Position numbers and translations under genes: made by a program. DNA of 64,000 nucleotides from assembly GCF_963506605.1 (NCBI RefSeq), contig NC_083276.1:78368001-78432000 (forward strand), in the 5' to 3' direction. The stretch comes from Zootoca vivipara (lineage: Eukaryota). The notes beneath the pieces are model-generated. The model saw only the letters and a program-made list of their open reading frames with translations, was not told where the DNA came from and made no database searches. Below, piece by piece: positions 51,608 through 62,345 of the stretch (position 1 is the first letter of the stretch; the number at the start of each line of letters is the position of its first letter).

Positions 51608-54313
51608 ATGGAAGGCACCACATTGAGCCGCATGAAATGGAAGTCCATCAACCTCACCAAGAAACTTGCCCAGGTACAAACTGACATCCTCTTTCTATCT
51701 AAATGCAAAAACCTGGACATTGTACCTAAGGGTCTTAGAATTAAGAACCCTCTTCAATCAACTTATCCCACAGAATATGCCAGAAAACTATGCCACACTT
51801 TATCTAAGAAACTGCTGAAACATCTTATCGGCGTTCTGTATTCCAAACAGAAGTTAATAAAGGAGGAACTCTCTGCACTGGAGAACTCCATCAGGAATCA
51901 CCCGGCCTGGCAGAAGTTCCACAAGGAAAAACAAACAATTTACCACTCTCAACTGGAGTTACTGAAGAACCAGAAAAATAAAAAACTCTGCAACCTTTCC
52001 AACCTACAGGCCACCAATCAAAACAAGATCAACAACATTGTCAATCTTTCACAGCAAACACTCAGCCCAGCTGAGGAATCCGTCCTTTCACGGGGACTAT
52101 CATTCTGCCCTGCCAAATCCCAACACATGATTCAGTTCTGCGGGGACCTGGAAGCATTTTTCCGCCGTTTACGCCTGAAGGAGTATTTTCATCACACACA
52201 AGAACAAGACAAAGTAGAACAAACTACATCCCCACAACACAACACCTCTCAACTTACTGGGGAACAACCATCACCCTCCAAACGCATCAATGAACAGAAC
52301 ATTGACCACCAACTACCACCGAAAAGAAGTTACACAAAAAGGGACTCCACATGGACCCCTCCTGATGGACGCAATACCACACTAGATCTGTACATCGAAT
52401 GCTTCCGCCACAGAATCCAAACGGATGTGACCAGAAAACACCATCGCTTACAACAAAATCTAAACCATGCTGAAAGGAGAGCCATAGAAAATCTCAGGAA
52501 CAACCCAGACATTATAATTAAAGAGGCAGACAAGGGTGGAGCTGTCGTCATCATGAACAAAACTGATTACATCCAAGAGGCCCACAGACAACTTTCCAAT
52601 ACTGCCTTTTACATGAAATTGGACTCAGACCCCACACAAGCATACAAAAAAGAACTGAACAAGATTATTAAGGAGCTACCCCTACACATCCAAGAACAGA
52701 TCCTCACAAACACACCAGCGGAACCTCGGCCAGGAACTTTCTATCTTCTACCCAAAATACACAAACCAGGAAACCCAGGACGCCCCATCATCTCAGGTAT
52801 TGGCACCATTACAGTGGGTGTTTCCGGCTATATGGACTCTGTTCTGAAACCATATGCTATCAGTGCTCCCAGCTACGTACGTGACACCACAGATTTTCTG
52901 AGGAAAATACAATATTTGAACAATCTTCCTAACAATACTATACTAGCCACTATGGATGTGGAATCTCTATATACCAACATCCCACACAATGATGGTTTAC
53001 AAGCCATAAGGAACACCATTTCAGATAAAACCACAGCGGACTTTGCTACCAAACTCTGCCACTTTGTCCTTACCCACAACCACTTCAAATTTGGTGATGA
53101 CCTGTTCCTCCAGATCAGCGGCACAGCCATGGGCACCCGCATGGCCCCACAGTATGCCAACATCTTCATGGCAGATTTAGAACAACGTTTCCTTAACTCC
53201 TACCCACTCAAACCTCTCCTGTACCTGCGATACATTGACGATATTTTTATTATCTGGACACATGGACAACAGACCCTGGAAACCTTCCACCAGACATTCA
53301 ATGACTTTCACCCCACCATCAACCTAACAATGAACCAATCTATGCAAGAAATACATTTTTTGGACACTACTATAAAAATACAGGATGGACGTATAGACAC
53401 CACCTTATACAGAAAACCAACTGACCGACAAACATATCTACATGCTTCTAGCTACCATCCCAAACATACCAAACAATCCATCGTATACAGCCAGGCCTTA
53501 CGTTACAACCGCATCTGTTCCAACTCTACAGACAGAGAATCTCACCTAAGAGATCTACAGCAAACCTTTTTAGAACTAAAATATCCACCTGATGAAGTTA
53601 AACAACAGATCAACAGAGCCAGACAGATACCTAGAGAGAACCTGCTGCAAGACAGACCCAAAAAAGAAAATAACAGAACACCACTAGTCATCACATACAG
53701 CTCCCAAGCTAAAACAGTACAACGCATCATCAGAGATCTACAGCCTCTCCTGGACAATGACCGCTCCCTTTCTCAAGCTCTGGGAGGAAGACCTTTCATT
53801 GCCTACAGACAGCCACCCAATCTTAAACAACTCCTCACCCACAATAATACAACCACCAGACTTAACATGGACACTGGTACCAGAGCCTGCAATAAACCCA
53901 GATGCCAACTTTGCTGCCACATACACCCAGACAACACCATTACTGGCCCCAACAACATCCAACATACCATCTCAGGACTATTTAATTGCTCATCCTCTAA
54001 CATTGTGTATGCCATCAAATGCCAACAGTGCCCTTCAGCTCTCTATATTGGACAAACAGGCCAAACCCTACGCCAAAGGATAAATGGACATAAATCTGAC
54101 ATCAGGAACCAGAAGACAGAAAAACCAGTAGGAGAACACTTCAATCTCCCAGGACATTCTATACAAGATCTCAAAGTAGCTGTCTTACTACAAAAGAATT
54201 TCAGAAATAGACTGGAAAGAGAAGTTGCTGAATTGCAACTTATCACCAAGCTCAAAACCATGGAGGGACCTGGTTTGAACAGAGATATCGGGTTCTTATC
54301 TCATTATACATGA
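51608..54313 (+). CDS. PLE reverse transcriptase + GIY-YIG endonuclease, copy 1 (901 aa)
   Basis: ADKG motif; RT motifs LPKIHK, GRPIIS, MDVESLYTNIP, GTAMG, YIDD; Cys linker CNKPRCQLCC; [15 protein letters not shown]...LYIGQT...RINGH. No stops or frameshifts. Confidence 0.95.
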   Translation: MEGTTLSRMKWKSINLTKKLAQVQTDILFLSKCKNLDIVPKGLRIKNPLQSTYPTEYARKLCHTLSKKLLKHLIGVLYSKQKLIKEELSALENSIRNHPAWQKFHKEKQTIYHSQLELLKNQKNKKLCNLSNLQATNQNKINNIVNLSQQTLSPAEESVLSRGLSFCPAKSQHMIQFCGDLEAFFRRLRLKEYFHHTQEQDKVEQTTSPQHNTSQLTGEQPSPSKRINEQNIDHQLPPKRSYTKRDSTWTPPDGRNTTLDLYIECFRHRIQTDVTRKHHRLQQNLNHAERRAIENLRNNPDIIIKEADKGGAVVIMNKTDYIQEAHRQLSNTAFYMKLDSDPTQAYKKELNKIIKELPLHIQEQILTNTPAEPRPGTFYLLPKIHKPGNPGRPIISGIGTITVGVSGYMDSVLKPYAISAPSYVRDTTDFLRKIQYLNNLPNNTILATMDVESLYTNIPHNDGLQAIRNTISDKTTADFATKLCHFVLTHNHFKFGDDLFLQISGTAMGTRMAPQYANIFMADLEQRFLNSYPLKPLLYLRYIDDIFIIWTHGQQTLETFHQTFNDFHPTINLTMNQSMQEIHFLDTTIKIQDGRIDTTLYRKPTDRQTYLHASSYHPKHTKQSIVYSQALRYNRICSNSTDRESHLRDLQQTFLELKYPPDEVKQQINRARQIPRENLLQDRPKKENNRTPLVITYSSQAKTVQRIIRDLQPLLDNDRSLSQALGGRPFIAYRQPPNLKQLLTHNNTTTRLNMDTGTRACNKPRCQLCCHIHPDNTITGPNNIQHTISGLFNCSSSNIVYAIKCQQCPSALYIGQTGQTLRQRINGHKSDIRNQKTEKPVGEHFNLPGHSIQDLKVAVLLQKNFRNRLEREVAELQLITKLKTMEGPGLNRDIGFLSHYT

Positions 54314-54500
54314 TAAGCGATCTTCAGCCATCTCAACCCTTGCTTTTTCATGCAAAACCATTTGCAGTCGTTTGCGGTCATCAACAGCTATCAGTCAGTC
54401 AATCACCCATTTCCACCACCCTTCTGAGTGATCCCCCCTCCCCATCCCCACCCCTCCCCACCCCTTCTCTACATAAGTGCCTGGAAACTTCCATTTCACT

Positions 54501-54538
54501 GTATCTGAAGAAGTGTGCATGCACACGAAAGCTCATAC
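54501..54538 (+). ncRNA. Minimal type I hammerhead ribozyme (PLE pLTR); predicted cleavage after C54534
   Basis: GTAT-CTGAAGA-A-GTGTGCATGCACAC-GAAA-GCTC-ATAC: CUGANGA/GAAA core, stem I GUAU/AUAC, stem II hairpin, vestigial palindromic stem III (AGCU). Confidence 0.85.
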
Positions 54539-54637
54539 CAAAATAAAAACTTAGTTGGTCTTTAAGGTGCTACTGAAGGAATTTTTTTATTTTACTTCGA
54601 TCCAGACCAACACGGCTACCTACCTGTAACCAGAACT

Positions 54638-57343
54638 ATGGAAGGCACCACATTGAGCCGCATGAAATGGAAGTCCATCAACCTCACCAAGAAACTTGCC
54701 CAGGTACAAACTGACATCCTCTTTCTATCTAAATGCAAAAACCTGGACATTGTACCTAAGGGTCTTAGAATTAAGAACCCTCTTCAATCAACTTATCCCA
54801 CAGAATATGCCAGAAAACTATGCCACACTTTATCTAAGAAACTGCTGAAACATCTTATCGGCGTTCTGTATTCCAAACAGAAGTTAATAAAGGAGGAACT
54901 CTCTGCACTGGAGAACTCCATCAGGAATCACCCGGCCTGGCAGAAGTTCCACAAGGAAAAACAAACAATTTACCACTCTCAACTGGAGTTACTGAAGAAC
55001 CAGAAAAATAAAAAACTCTGCAACCTTTCCAACCTACAGGCCACCAATCAAAACAAGATCAACAACATTGTCAATCTTTCACAGCAAACACTCAGCCCAG
55101 CTGAGGAATCCGTCCTTTCACGGGGACTATCATTCTGCCCTGCCAAATCCCAACACATGATTCAGTTCTGCGGGGACCTGGAAGCATTTTTCCGCCGTTT
55201 ACGCCTGAAGGAGTATTTTCATCACACACAAGAACAAGACAAAGTAGAACAAACTACATCCCCACAACACAACACCTCTCAACTTACTGGGGAACAACCA
55301 TCACCCTCCAAACGCATCAATGAACAGAACATTGACCACCAACTACCACCGAAAAGAAGTTACACAAAAAGGGACTCCACATGGACCCCTCCTGATGGAC
55401 GCAATACCACACTAGATCTGTACATCGAATGCTTCCGCCACAGAATCCAAACGGATGTGACCAGAAAACACCATCGCTTACAACAAAATCTAAACCATGC
55501 TGAAAGGAGAGCCATAGAAAATCTCAGGAACAACCCAGACATTATAATTAAAGAGGCAGACAAGGGTGGAGCTGTCGTCATCATGAACAAAACTGATTAC
55601 ATCCAAGAGGCCCACAGACAACTTTCCAATACTGCCTTTTACATGAAATTGGACTCAGACCCCACACAAGCATACAAAAAAGAACTGAACAAGATTATTA
55701 AGGAGCTACCCCTACACATCCAAGAACAGATCCTCACAAACACACCAGCGGAACCTCGGCCAGGAACTTTCTATCTTCTACCCAAAATACACAAACCAGG
55801 AAACCCAGGACGCCCCATCATCTCAGGTATTGGCACCATTACAGTGGGTGTTTCCGGCTATATGGACTCTGTTCTGAAACCATATGCTATCAGTGCTCCC
55901 AGCTACGTACGTGACACCACAGATTTTCTGAGGAAAATACAATATTTGAACAATCTTCCTAACAATACTATACTAGCCACTATGGATGTGGAATCTCTAT
56001 ATACCAACATCCCACACAATGATGGTTTACAAGCCATAAGGAACACCATTTCAGATAAAACCACAGCGGACTTTGCTACCAAACTCTGCCACTTTGTCCT
56101 TACCCACAACCACTTCAAATTTGGTGATGACCTGTTCCTCCAGATCAGCGGCACAGCCATGGGCACCCGCATGGCCCCACAGTATGCCAACATCTTCATG
56201 GCAGATTTAGAACAACGTTTCCTTAACTCCTACCCACTCAAACCTCTCCTGTACCTGCGATACATTGACGATATTTTTATTATCTGGACACATGGACAAC
56301 AGACCCTGGAAACCTTCCACCAGACATTCAATGACTTTCACCCCACCATCAACCTAACAATGAACCAATCTATGCAAGAAATACATTTTTTGGACACTAC
56401 TATAAAAATACAGGATGGACGTATAGACACCACCTTATACAGAAAACCAACTGACCGACAAACATATCTACATGCTTCTAGCTACCATCCCAAACATACC
56501 AAACAATCCATCGTATACAGCCAGGCCTTACGTTACAACCGCATCTGTTCCAACTCTGCAGACAGAGAATCTCACCTAAGAGATCTACAGCAAACCTTTT
56601 TAGAACTAAAATATCCACCTGATGAAGTTAAACAACAGATCAACAGAGCCAGACAGATACCTAGAGAGAACCTGCTGCAAGACAGACCCAAAAAAGAAAA
56701 TAACAGAACACCACTAGTCATCACATACAGCTCCCAAGCTAAAACAGTACAACGCATCATCAGAGATCTACAGCCTCTCCTGGACAATGACCGCTCCCTT
56801 TCTCAAGCTCTGGGAGGAAGACCTTTCATTGCCTACAGACAGCCACCCAATCTTAAACAACTCCTCACCCACAATAATACAACCACCAGACTTAACATGG
56901 ACACTGGTACCAGAGCCTGCAATAAACCCAGATGCCAACTTTGCTGCCACATACACCCAGACAACACCATTACTGGCCCCAACAACATCCAACATACCAT
57001 CTCAGGACTATTTAATTGCTCATCCTCTAACATTGTGTATGCCATCAAATGCCAACAGTGCCCTTCAGCTCTCTATATTGGACAAACAGGCCAAACCCTA
57101 CGCCAAAGGATAAATGGACATAAATCTGACATCAGGAACCAGAAGACAGAAAAACCAGTAGGAGAACACTTCAATCTCCCAGGACATTCTATACAAGATC
57201 TCAAAGTAGCTGTCTTACTACAAAAGAATTTCAGAAATAGACTGGAAAGAGAAGTTGCTGAATTGCAACTTATCACCAAGCTCAAAACCATGGAGGGACC
57301 TGGTTTGAACAGAGATATCGGGTTCTTATCTCATTATACATGA
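54638..57343 (+). CDS. PLE reverse transcriptase + GIY-YIG endonuclease, copy 2 (901 aa)
   Basis: Same protein as copy 1 except one visible difference, T->A (NSTDRE vs NSADRE; A53528 vs G56558). Confidence 0.95.
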   Translation: MEGTTLSRMKWKSINLTKKLAQVQTDILFLSKCKNLDIVPKGLRIKNPLQSTYPTEYARKLCHTLSKKLLKHLIGVLYSKQKLIKEELSALENSIRNHPAWQKFHKEKQTIYHSQLELLKNQKNKKLCNLSNLQATNQNKINNIVNLSQQTLSPAEESVLSRGLSFCPAKSQHMIQFCGDLEAFFRRLRLKEYFHHTQEQDKVEQTTSPQHNTSQLTGEQPSPSKRINEQNIDHQLPPKRSYTKRDSTWTPPDGRNTTLDLYIECFRHRIQTDVTRKHHRLQQNLNHAERRAIENLRNNPDIIIKEADKGGAVVIMNKTDYIQEAHRQLSNTAFYMKLDSDPTQAYKKELNKIIKELPLHIQEQILTNTPAEPRPGTFYLLPKIHKPGNPGRPIISGIGTITVGVSGYMDSVLKPYAISAPSYVRDTTDFLRKIQYLNNLPNNTILATMDVESLYTNIPHNDGLQAIRNTISDKTTADFATKLCHFVLTHNHFKFGDDLFLQISGTAMGTRMAPQYANIFMADLEQRFLNSYPLKPLLYLRYIDDIFIIWTHGQQTLETFHQTFNDFHPTINLTMNQSMQEIHFLDTTIKIQDGRIDTTLYRKPTDRQTYLHASSYHPKHTKQSIVYSQALRYNRICSNSADRESHLRDLQQTFLELKYPPDEVKQQINRARQIPRENLLQDRPKKENNRTPLVITYSSQAKTVQRIIRDLQPLLDNDRSLSQALGGRPFIAYRQPPNLKQLLTHNNTTTRLNMDTGTRACNKPRCQLCCHIHPDNTITGPNNIQHTISGLFNCSSSNIVYAIKCQQCPSALYIGQTGQTLRQRINGHKSDIRNQKTEKPVGEHFNLPGHSIQDLKVAVLLQKNFRNRLEREVAELQLITKLKTMEGPGLNRDIGFLSHYT

Positions 57344-57530
57344 TAAGCGATCTTCAGCCATCTCAACCCTTGCTTTTTCATGCAAAACCATTTGCAGTCG
57401 TTTGCGGTCATCAACAGCTATCAGTCAGTCAATCACCCATTTCCACCACCCTTCTGAGTGATCCCCCCTCCCCATCCCCACCCCTCCCCACCCCTTCTCT
57501 ACATAAGTGCCTGGAAACTTCCATTTCACT

Positions 57531-57568
57531 GTATCTGAAGAAGTGTGCATGCACACGAAAGCTCATAC
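57531..57568 (+). ncRNA. Minimal hammerhead ribozyme, second unit; predicted cleavage after C57564
   Basis: Identical to 54501-54538. Confidence 0.85.
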
Positions 57569-58933
57569 CAAAATAAAAACTTAGTTGGTCTTTAAGGTGC
57601 TACTGAAGGAATTTTTTTATGCACAGTCAATTATGGCCTGAATTAATCATTATGCTAAGTACTCTGCTAAGTAGGCCCCCTGCCAAATGGGGGTTCTTGT
57701 GATGCTCTAATTATCTGGGAGCTTTCCCAATATGGAGAGTATACCCATATTGATGCTTGTATTGCAGCCTTTTAAAATTCCCTGTGGTTTGGAACAGGAT
57801 AGCTATTATTTTATCACAAGAAAGCGTGCCAAATCTGTAGTGGGTGGGAATTGAATATTGAGAGCCTGGTTGGCACAAGCAGTAGAATTCTTTGAACTGC
57901 AGGAGGCTGCGTGCCTGGCTGCATATATCTATGTCCCATTTTTATATATGAACACTGACCAGGTAGAAAGGGTTACTCAGAAATTTGGAGCCCTAAAAGA
58001 TAGTTCAGCTTTTCATCTGGCCATATTCCATTCCACTTGGTTTGTTAAATTATTTGTTTTACAAAATTCATACAGTACATTGTTTAAAGAAAACCTCATA
58101 ATGGTTTACAAAGAGCAGCAAGGCCTAAAAGGTGAAATTCAAAAGTGTGGGGGGTAAATATTTACATATGCAGGGTAATCCAAATCATATGGGAACTCAG
58201 AATTCAAAACCATATCCCCCCCCCCCCCAAAAAATCCAAGCCTGTGGCCAAGAGTTGCAAGATCCTGTGATTGCCATCTAAGGCCCTTCTCTCTGTGTCC
58301 TCCACAGAAGGGCCAGAGGGTGTCAACATGAGAATAATTGTTTTTAGTGGTGGCTCCCCACTTGTGGAATACACTTCCCTGATATGTTTCCCTGGGCCCA
58401 TGTTTATCTACATTTAGGCACCAGCCAAAGCTTTCCTTTTTACCTGGCTTTTTGTGCCTGAATTTGAAAGGTTTTCATTGCTTTTTTGGTTTTTTATAAG
58501 TTTATTTATATGCTGGCAGACAAACTTGACATTCATACATACATATAACAATTAAACCTAAAGAGTGAAAAAATTATAGTAAAAGGATGTTAATACACAA
58601 AACAGAAAAAACAATATTAACAATATTAACAAAAAAGAAAAAGAAAATAATAATTAAAGTAAACACATATCTCAAAAATAAGTGATATATGTAATCAAAT
58701 TTCATATCCATTTTCTTAGGTTTTCATTGGTTTATTCATTCTAAGTGATTTCAATGCTTATATTTTGTTGTGAGTTAGTTTGGGCCATTTTTGTGAGTAA
58801 AGCAACTAATAAATATTAATAATATATAAAAAAATGAGTGTGTTGCACAAGAGTAGCTAAGCCAGGGCCAGACCTAGCATTAGGCAAACCAAAGCAGCCG
58901 CCTCATGAGTAGATGCTGGTTTATGGGTCTTTA

Positions 58934-58936
58934 AAA

Positions 58937-58971
<35 letters not shown>

Positions 58972-58974
58972 ATA
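58934..58974 (+). repeat. (AAAT)n microsatellite
   Basis: Seen directly. Confidence 0.9.
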
Positions 58975-59006
58975 CTGTACCAAAAACAAACAAACTACAA
59001 AGGGAT

Positions 59007-59358
59007 GGGACATGGGTGACGCTGTGGGTTAAACCACAGAGCCTAGGGCTTGCCGATCAGAAGGTCGGCGGTTCGAATCCCCGCAACGGGGTGAGCTCCC
59101 GTTGCTCGGTCCCTGCTCCTGCTAACCTAGCAGTTTCGAAAGCACATCAAAGTGCAAGTAGATAAATAGGTACCACTCTGGCAGGAAGGTAAACGGCGTT
59201 TCCATGCGCTGCTCTGGTTCGCCAGAAGCGGCTTAGACATGCTGGCCACATGACCTGGAAGCTGTATGCTGGGTCCCTCGGCCAATAAAGCGAGATGAGC
59301 ACCGCAACCCCAGAGTCGGTCACGACTAGACCTAATGGTCAGGGGTCCCTTTACCTTT
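59007..59358 (+). mobile_element. Sauria SINE
   Basis: Full length; TSD TACAAAGGGATGG. Confidence 0.9.
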
Positions 59359-60302
59359 TACAAAGGGATGGAGAGACCATGGAGAAATGTATATGATTGC
59401 AGCAGGTGCCAAACAATGTGTCTGCATCAGTCTGGAAAAAAATATCTTTGCAGATATTGGGCCCTAGACTAGGAATTATAATGCCTCGGGCACAACAAAT
59501 TTCAATAAGTGCTGTTATGTATGAAAAGGCAGTCTGCCAAGGCCAAGATAGTCAGAATTCTGCTCTCTAGCCAGAAGCAACAAAGAACTGCATGCAAGTG
59601 AGTTCATGGAATTCCACTCAGGCAAATGAGCAGAGAGGAAAAGTATTCTCTCTGTCTTCTGTGTCCAGCATAGAAAGCAACCAGATGTGCAGCAAACTGC
59701 TGCAAGAGGAATGGAATCAATTCTCTTATCCTTCTCTCCTTGCCCCCAGTAGGCTGGTAAAGAGTTTTGCAGGCTAGTCATTTCTTGTGGCCTTGTTTAC
59801 AATACCACTTTAAGAATTATATACAGTACAGTGCTTTTTCTGGGGGTACTCAAGAGAACCTTTCCGCCTCCCTCACTGCAAATATTAAAAGTATTACACT
59901 TACTGTAACAATTGCATAGTGAGTAACAGCACCTTTTTTCTATTAAAAAAGCACTGATCATATACATTTCATATACAGTACTGTATCACATGTTTTTCAA
60001 CATAAAACCCAAACAAATATAAAAAGTGATCCATCATGTGTACAATAAAGCAGTACTGTATATACTAATACTTGCAGTCTTGTCAAAAGCACAGTAGATG
60101 GTGCTGTAAGACAAGTCAGTCTCAAAATGCTTTTATATTGCTATTAACTGAGCACTACGGGTTCACTTATTGGATAGCACTGTGCAGCTTTGGGACTGCA
60201 TATACACCATACATCTGAAGTACATTATCCCGCAAATAATCCTGGGAGCTGCACTTTGTTAAGGGTGATGTGAATTGTAGCTCAGTAAGGGGTCAGCTAC
60301 CA

Positions 60303-60403
60303 GGGACCCAGGTGGCGCTGTGGGCTAAACCACTGAGCCTAGGGCTTGCTGATCAGAAGGTCGGCGGTTCGAATCCCTGTGACGGGGTGAGCTCCCGTTG
60401 CTT
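60303..60403 (+). mobile_element. 3'-truncated Sauria SINE head
   Basis: tRNA-like head only; flanked by the direct repeat GGTCAGCTAC. Confidence 0.8.
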
Positions 60404-60969
60404 GGTCAGCTACAGTTCCCTGGTTCTTGCCCCCCCCCCCCGCGTTTTAAATGTATGGTGTGTATACACAGCCTATTTCATAAAAAAACCCACAGCTTAT
60501 TATGAAAATCTGCTGACCTCCACACCCAGTTTATGCTTCCAGCTTTCTTCCAGAGTATGCCACAAGATCCATTGCCTACAATATGTGACCCTCTGGATGC
60601 TGTTGGACTTCAACTCCCATCTTATCTAACCATTAGCCATGCTGGCTGGGGCTGATGGGAGCTATAGGGCAACAACACTGGGTGGCAGCAGGCAGTTTTC
60701 CCATCTCTGGTTTACAGCCAAACAATGCAATCCTTTTTCTCCCAGTTGCACGGAAGATTAATACATAGCAAGAATACCAGAATTTAAAAAAATACTTCCA
60801 TTTAAGGTAATAATCAAAAGGCATATATTTAATTCTTAGTAAGCAGCAGTAAAGACTTTCCAGTTTTACATGCTTACTTATGATTTGGCATTTCCTGTGC
60901 CTCTATGGATTAGGAGAGCATTGTCTGGGATGCTGCAGATCCACAACAGGAGACCATCTGACCTTCTCA

Positions 60970-61165
60970 AAGACAAGGACTGGATCCTGCTGCAACAAAC
61001 CCCAGTGTCAACTCTGTCCCTATATTTGCACATGTAAGACTATTATAGGGCCTAATGCCAGTTGTTCCTGGGAACTCAGGTCATCTGCACATCTTCAAAA
61101 ACAATATATGCCATCACTCACTACTACTGCCAGTGCTTTTCTGCTGCTTACACAGGACCTGCTTG
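60970..61165 (+). mobile_element. Ancient decayed Neptune-type PLE linker/endonuclease fragment
   Basis: CNKPQCQLCPYI...IIGPN and CTSSKTIYAI...YTG (frameshifted) align with CNKPRCQLCCHI...ITGPN and CSSSNIVYAI...YIG of the intact element. Confidence 0.7.
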
Positions 61166-61212
61166 TCATATGCCAGCCTTCCCCAACTTGGTATCCCCCA
61201 AATACTTTAGAC

Positions 61213-61814
61213 CAGTGGTTTTCAACCAGTGTGTTGTGGCACCCTGGCGTGCCTTGAATGATAGCCAGCGGTGCTGTGGGCCTCTGTCCCTCTTTTCTTT
61301 CCTTCCCTCCCTCCTCTGACTCCCTCTTGTGTCTCTGCCTCCCAAAGGCTTGCACAGCTGCTTGTTGCAGCAGCCCAGGCTACAAGCTCCACAGGCAAAT
61401 GATGCCTCTGGGGCTTGCCAAGGAGTGCTGGTTGCCAGGAGCTGAGGTAGCCTTGGAATAAGCAAGCAAGGAAGAGGGCAAGGGAGCCCAGCCAGCCAGT
61501 CTGCCAGCCCTTGCTGTTGGGATTGGACAGACAAGTCCCAGGTCCCTGTGAGGCAGTTTGAGGAGGCACCTCTCTTTGGGGTGGGTGGTGGGGCAGCTCA
61601 GTAGCTGCCCAAAGGATTCCCAAAGAGAGGGGAGAGGAAAGAGGAAAGGAGGCTGAGGGAACACTCCACAAGGGTGGGTATTTGAAAAAGGGTGAGAGGC
61701 TGCCAGCTCTGCAGGCAAGGAGTGACAAAACGGGCTCCTGAACCCCACGGGGTGCCGCAGAAAGAATGTAGTTGGTCAAGGGAGCCATGGACTCAAAAAG
61801 GTTTAAAACCTCTG
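61213..61814. mobile_element. Non-autonomous hAT element
   Basis: CAGTGGTTTTCAACC / GGTTTAAAACCTCTG termini; 8-bp TSD CTTTAGAC. Confidence 0.8.
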
Positions 61815-62067
61815 CTTTAGACTAAAACTCCACTCTGCCCCACCAACATGGGCAGGGGTTGATAGGAGTTGGACAGTGACTGGGAAACAGGAAATTTAAC
61901 TCCATTTACCCCATTTCTCATTTTATAGATTGATTTAATGGGACAACCCTGAATCCTAATAATATTAAAGAGGAAGGGGACAGGGGCGTACCCAGGATCA
62001 AAACTGGGGGGGGGTGTCCAGTAGAAACTGTAGCTTTCACCGCTATAAACACATGCTGAGAGCAAGT

Positions 62068-62345
62068 GGTGGTATGGTGGTAAGAGAGTACTGCACTAGG
62101 ATGTGCAGAACTATGGTTCAAATCCCTACTCAGCCATGAACTTCTCTGGTGACTTTGGGCCAGTCACTGCCTCTCAGCTTAACCTACCTCACAATGTATA
62201 AATTATTATTAATAATAATAAGGTTATTGTGGGGATTAAATGAGCAGGGGGAGAACCATGGACACCACCTTGAGTTTCCTGGAGAAGAAAGTGAGATATA
62301 AATGCAACTTATAAAGTATTAATAATAATAATAATAATAATATAC
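62068..62345 (+). mobile_element. MIR-like tRNA-derived SINE
   Basis: A/B-box-like head, CORE-like GTGACTTTGGGCCAGTCACT...CTCAGC, (AAT)n tail. Confidence 0.6.

Larger units (their letters stand above)
51587..57620 (+). mobile_element. Tandem head-to-tail dimer of an intact Penelope-like retroelement (Neptune type), 3030-bp period
   Basis: Two near-identical units. TSD TTATGCACAGTCA at 51573-51585 and 57617-57629 (TTAT is shared with the element end). Confidence 0.95.

Noticed and set aside
52330-57291. Antisense and alternative-frame short ORFs within the PLE units
   Set aside because: Shadow ORFs of the RT-EN frame, duplicated only because the unit is duplicated
51587-57620. LTR retrotransposon or endogenous retrovirus interpretation
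   Set aside because: No gag, protease, RNase H or integrase, and no TG...CA LTRs. An RT fused to GIY-YIG defines a Penelope-like element.
59007-59100. tRNA-like A/B boxes
   Set aside because: Head of a Sauria SINE, not a tRNA gene
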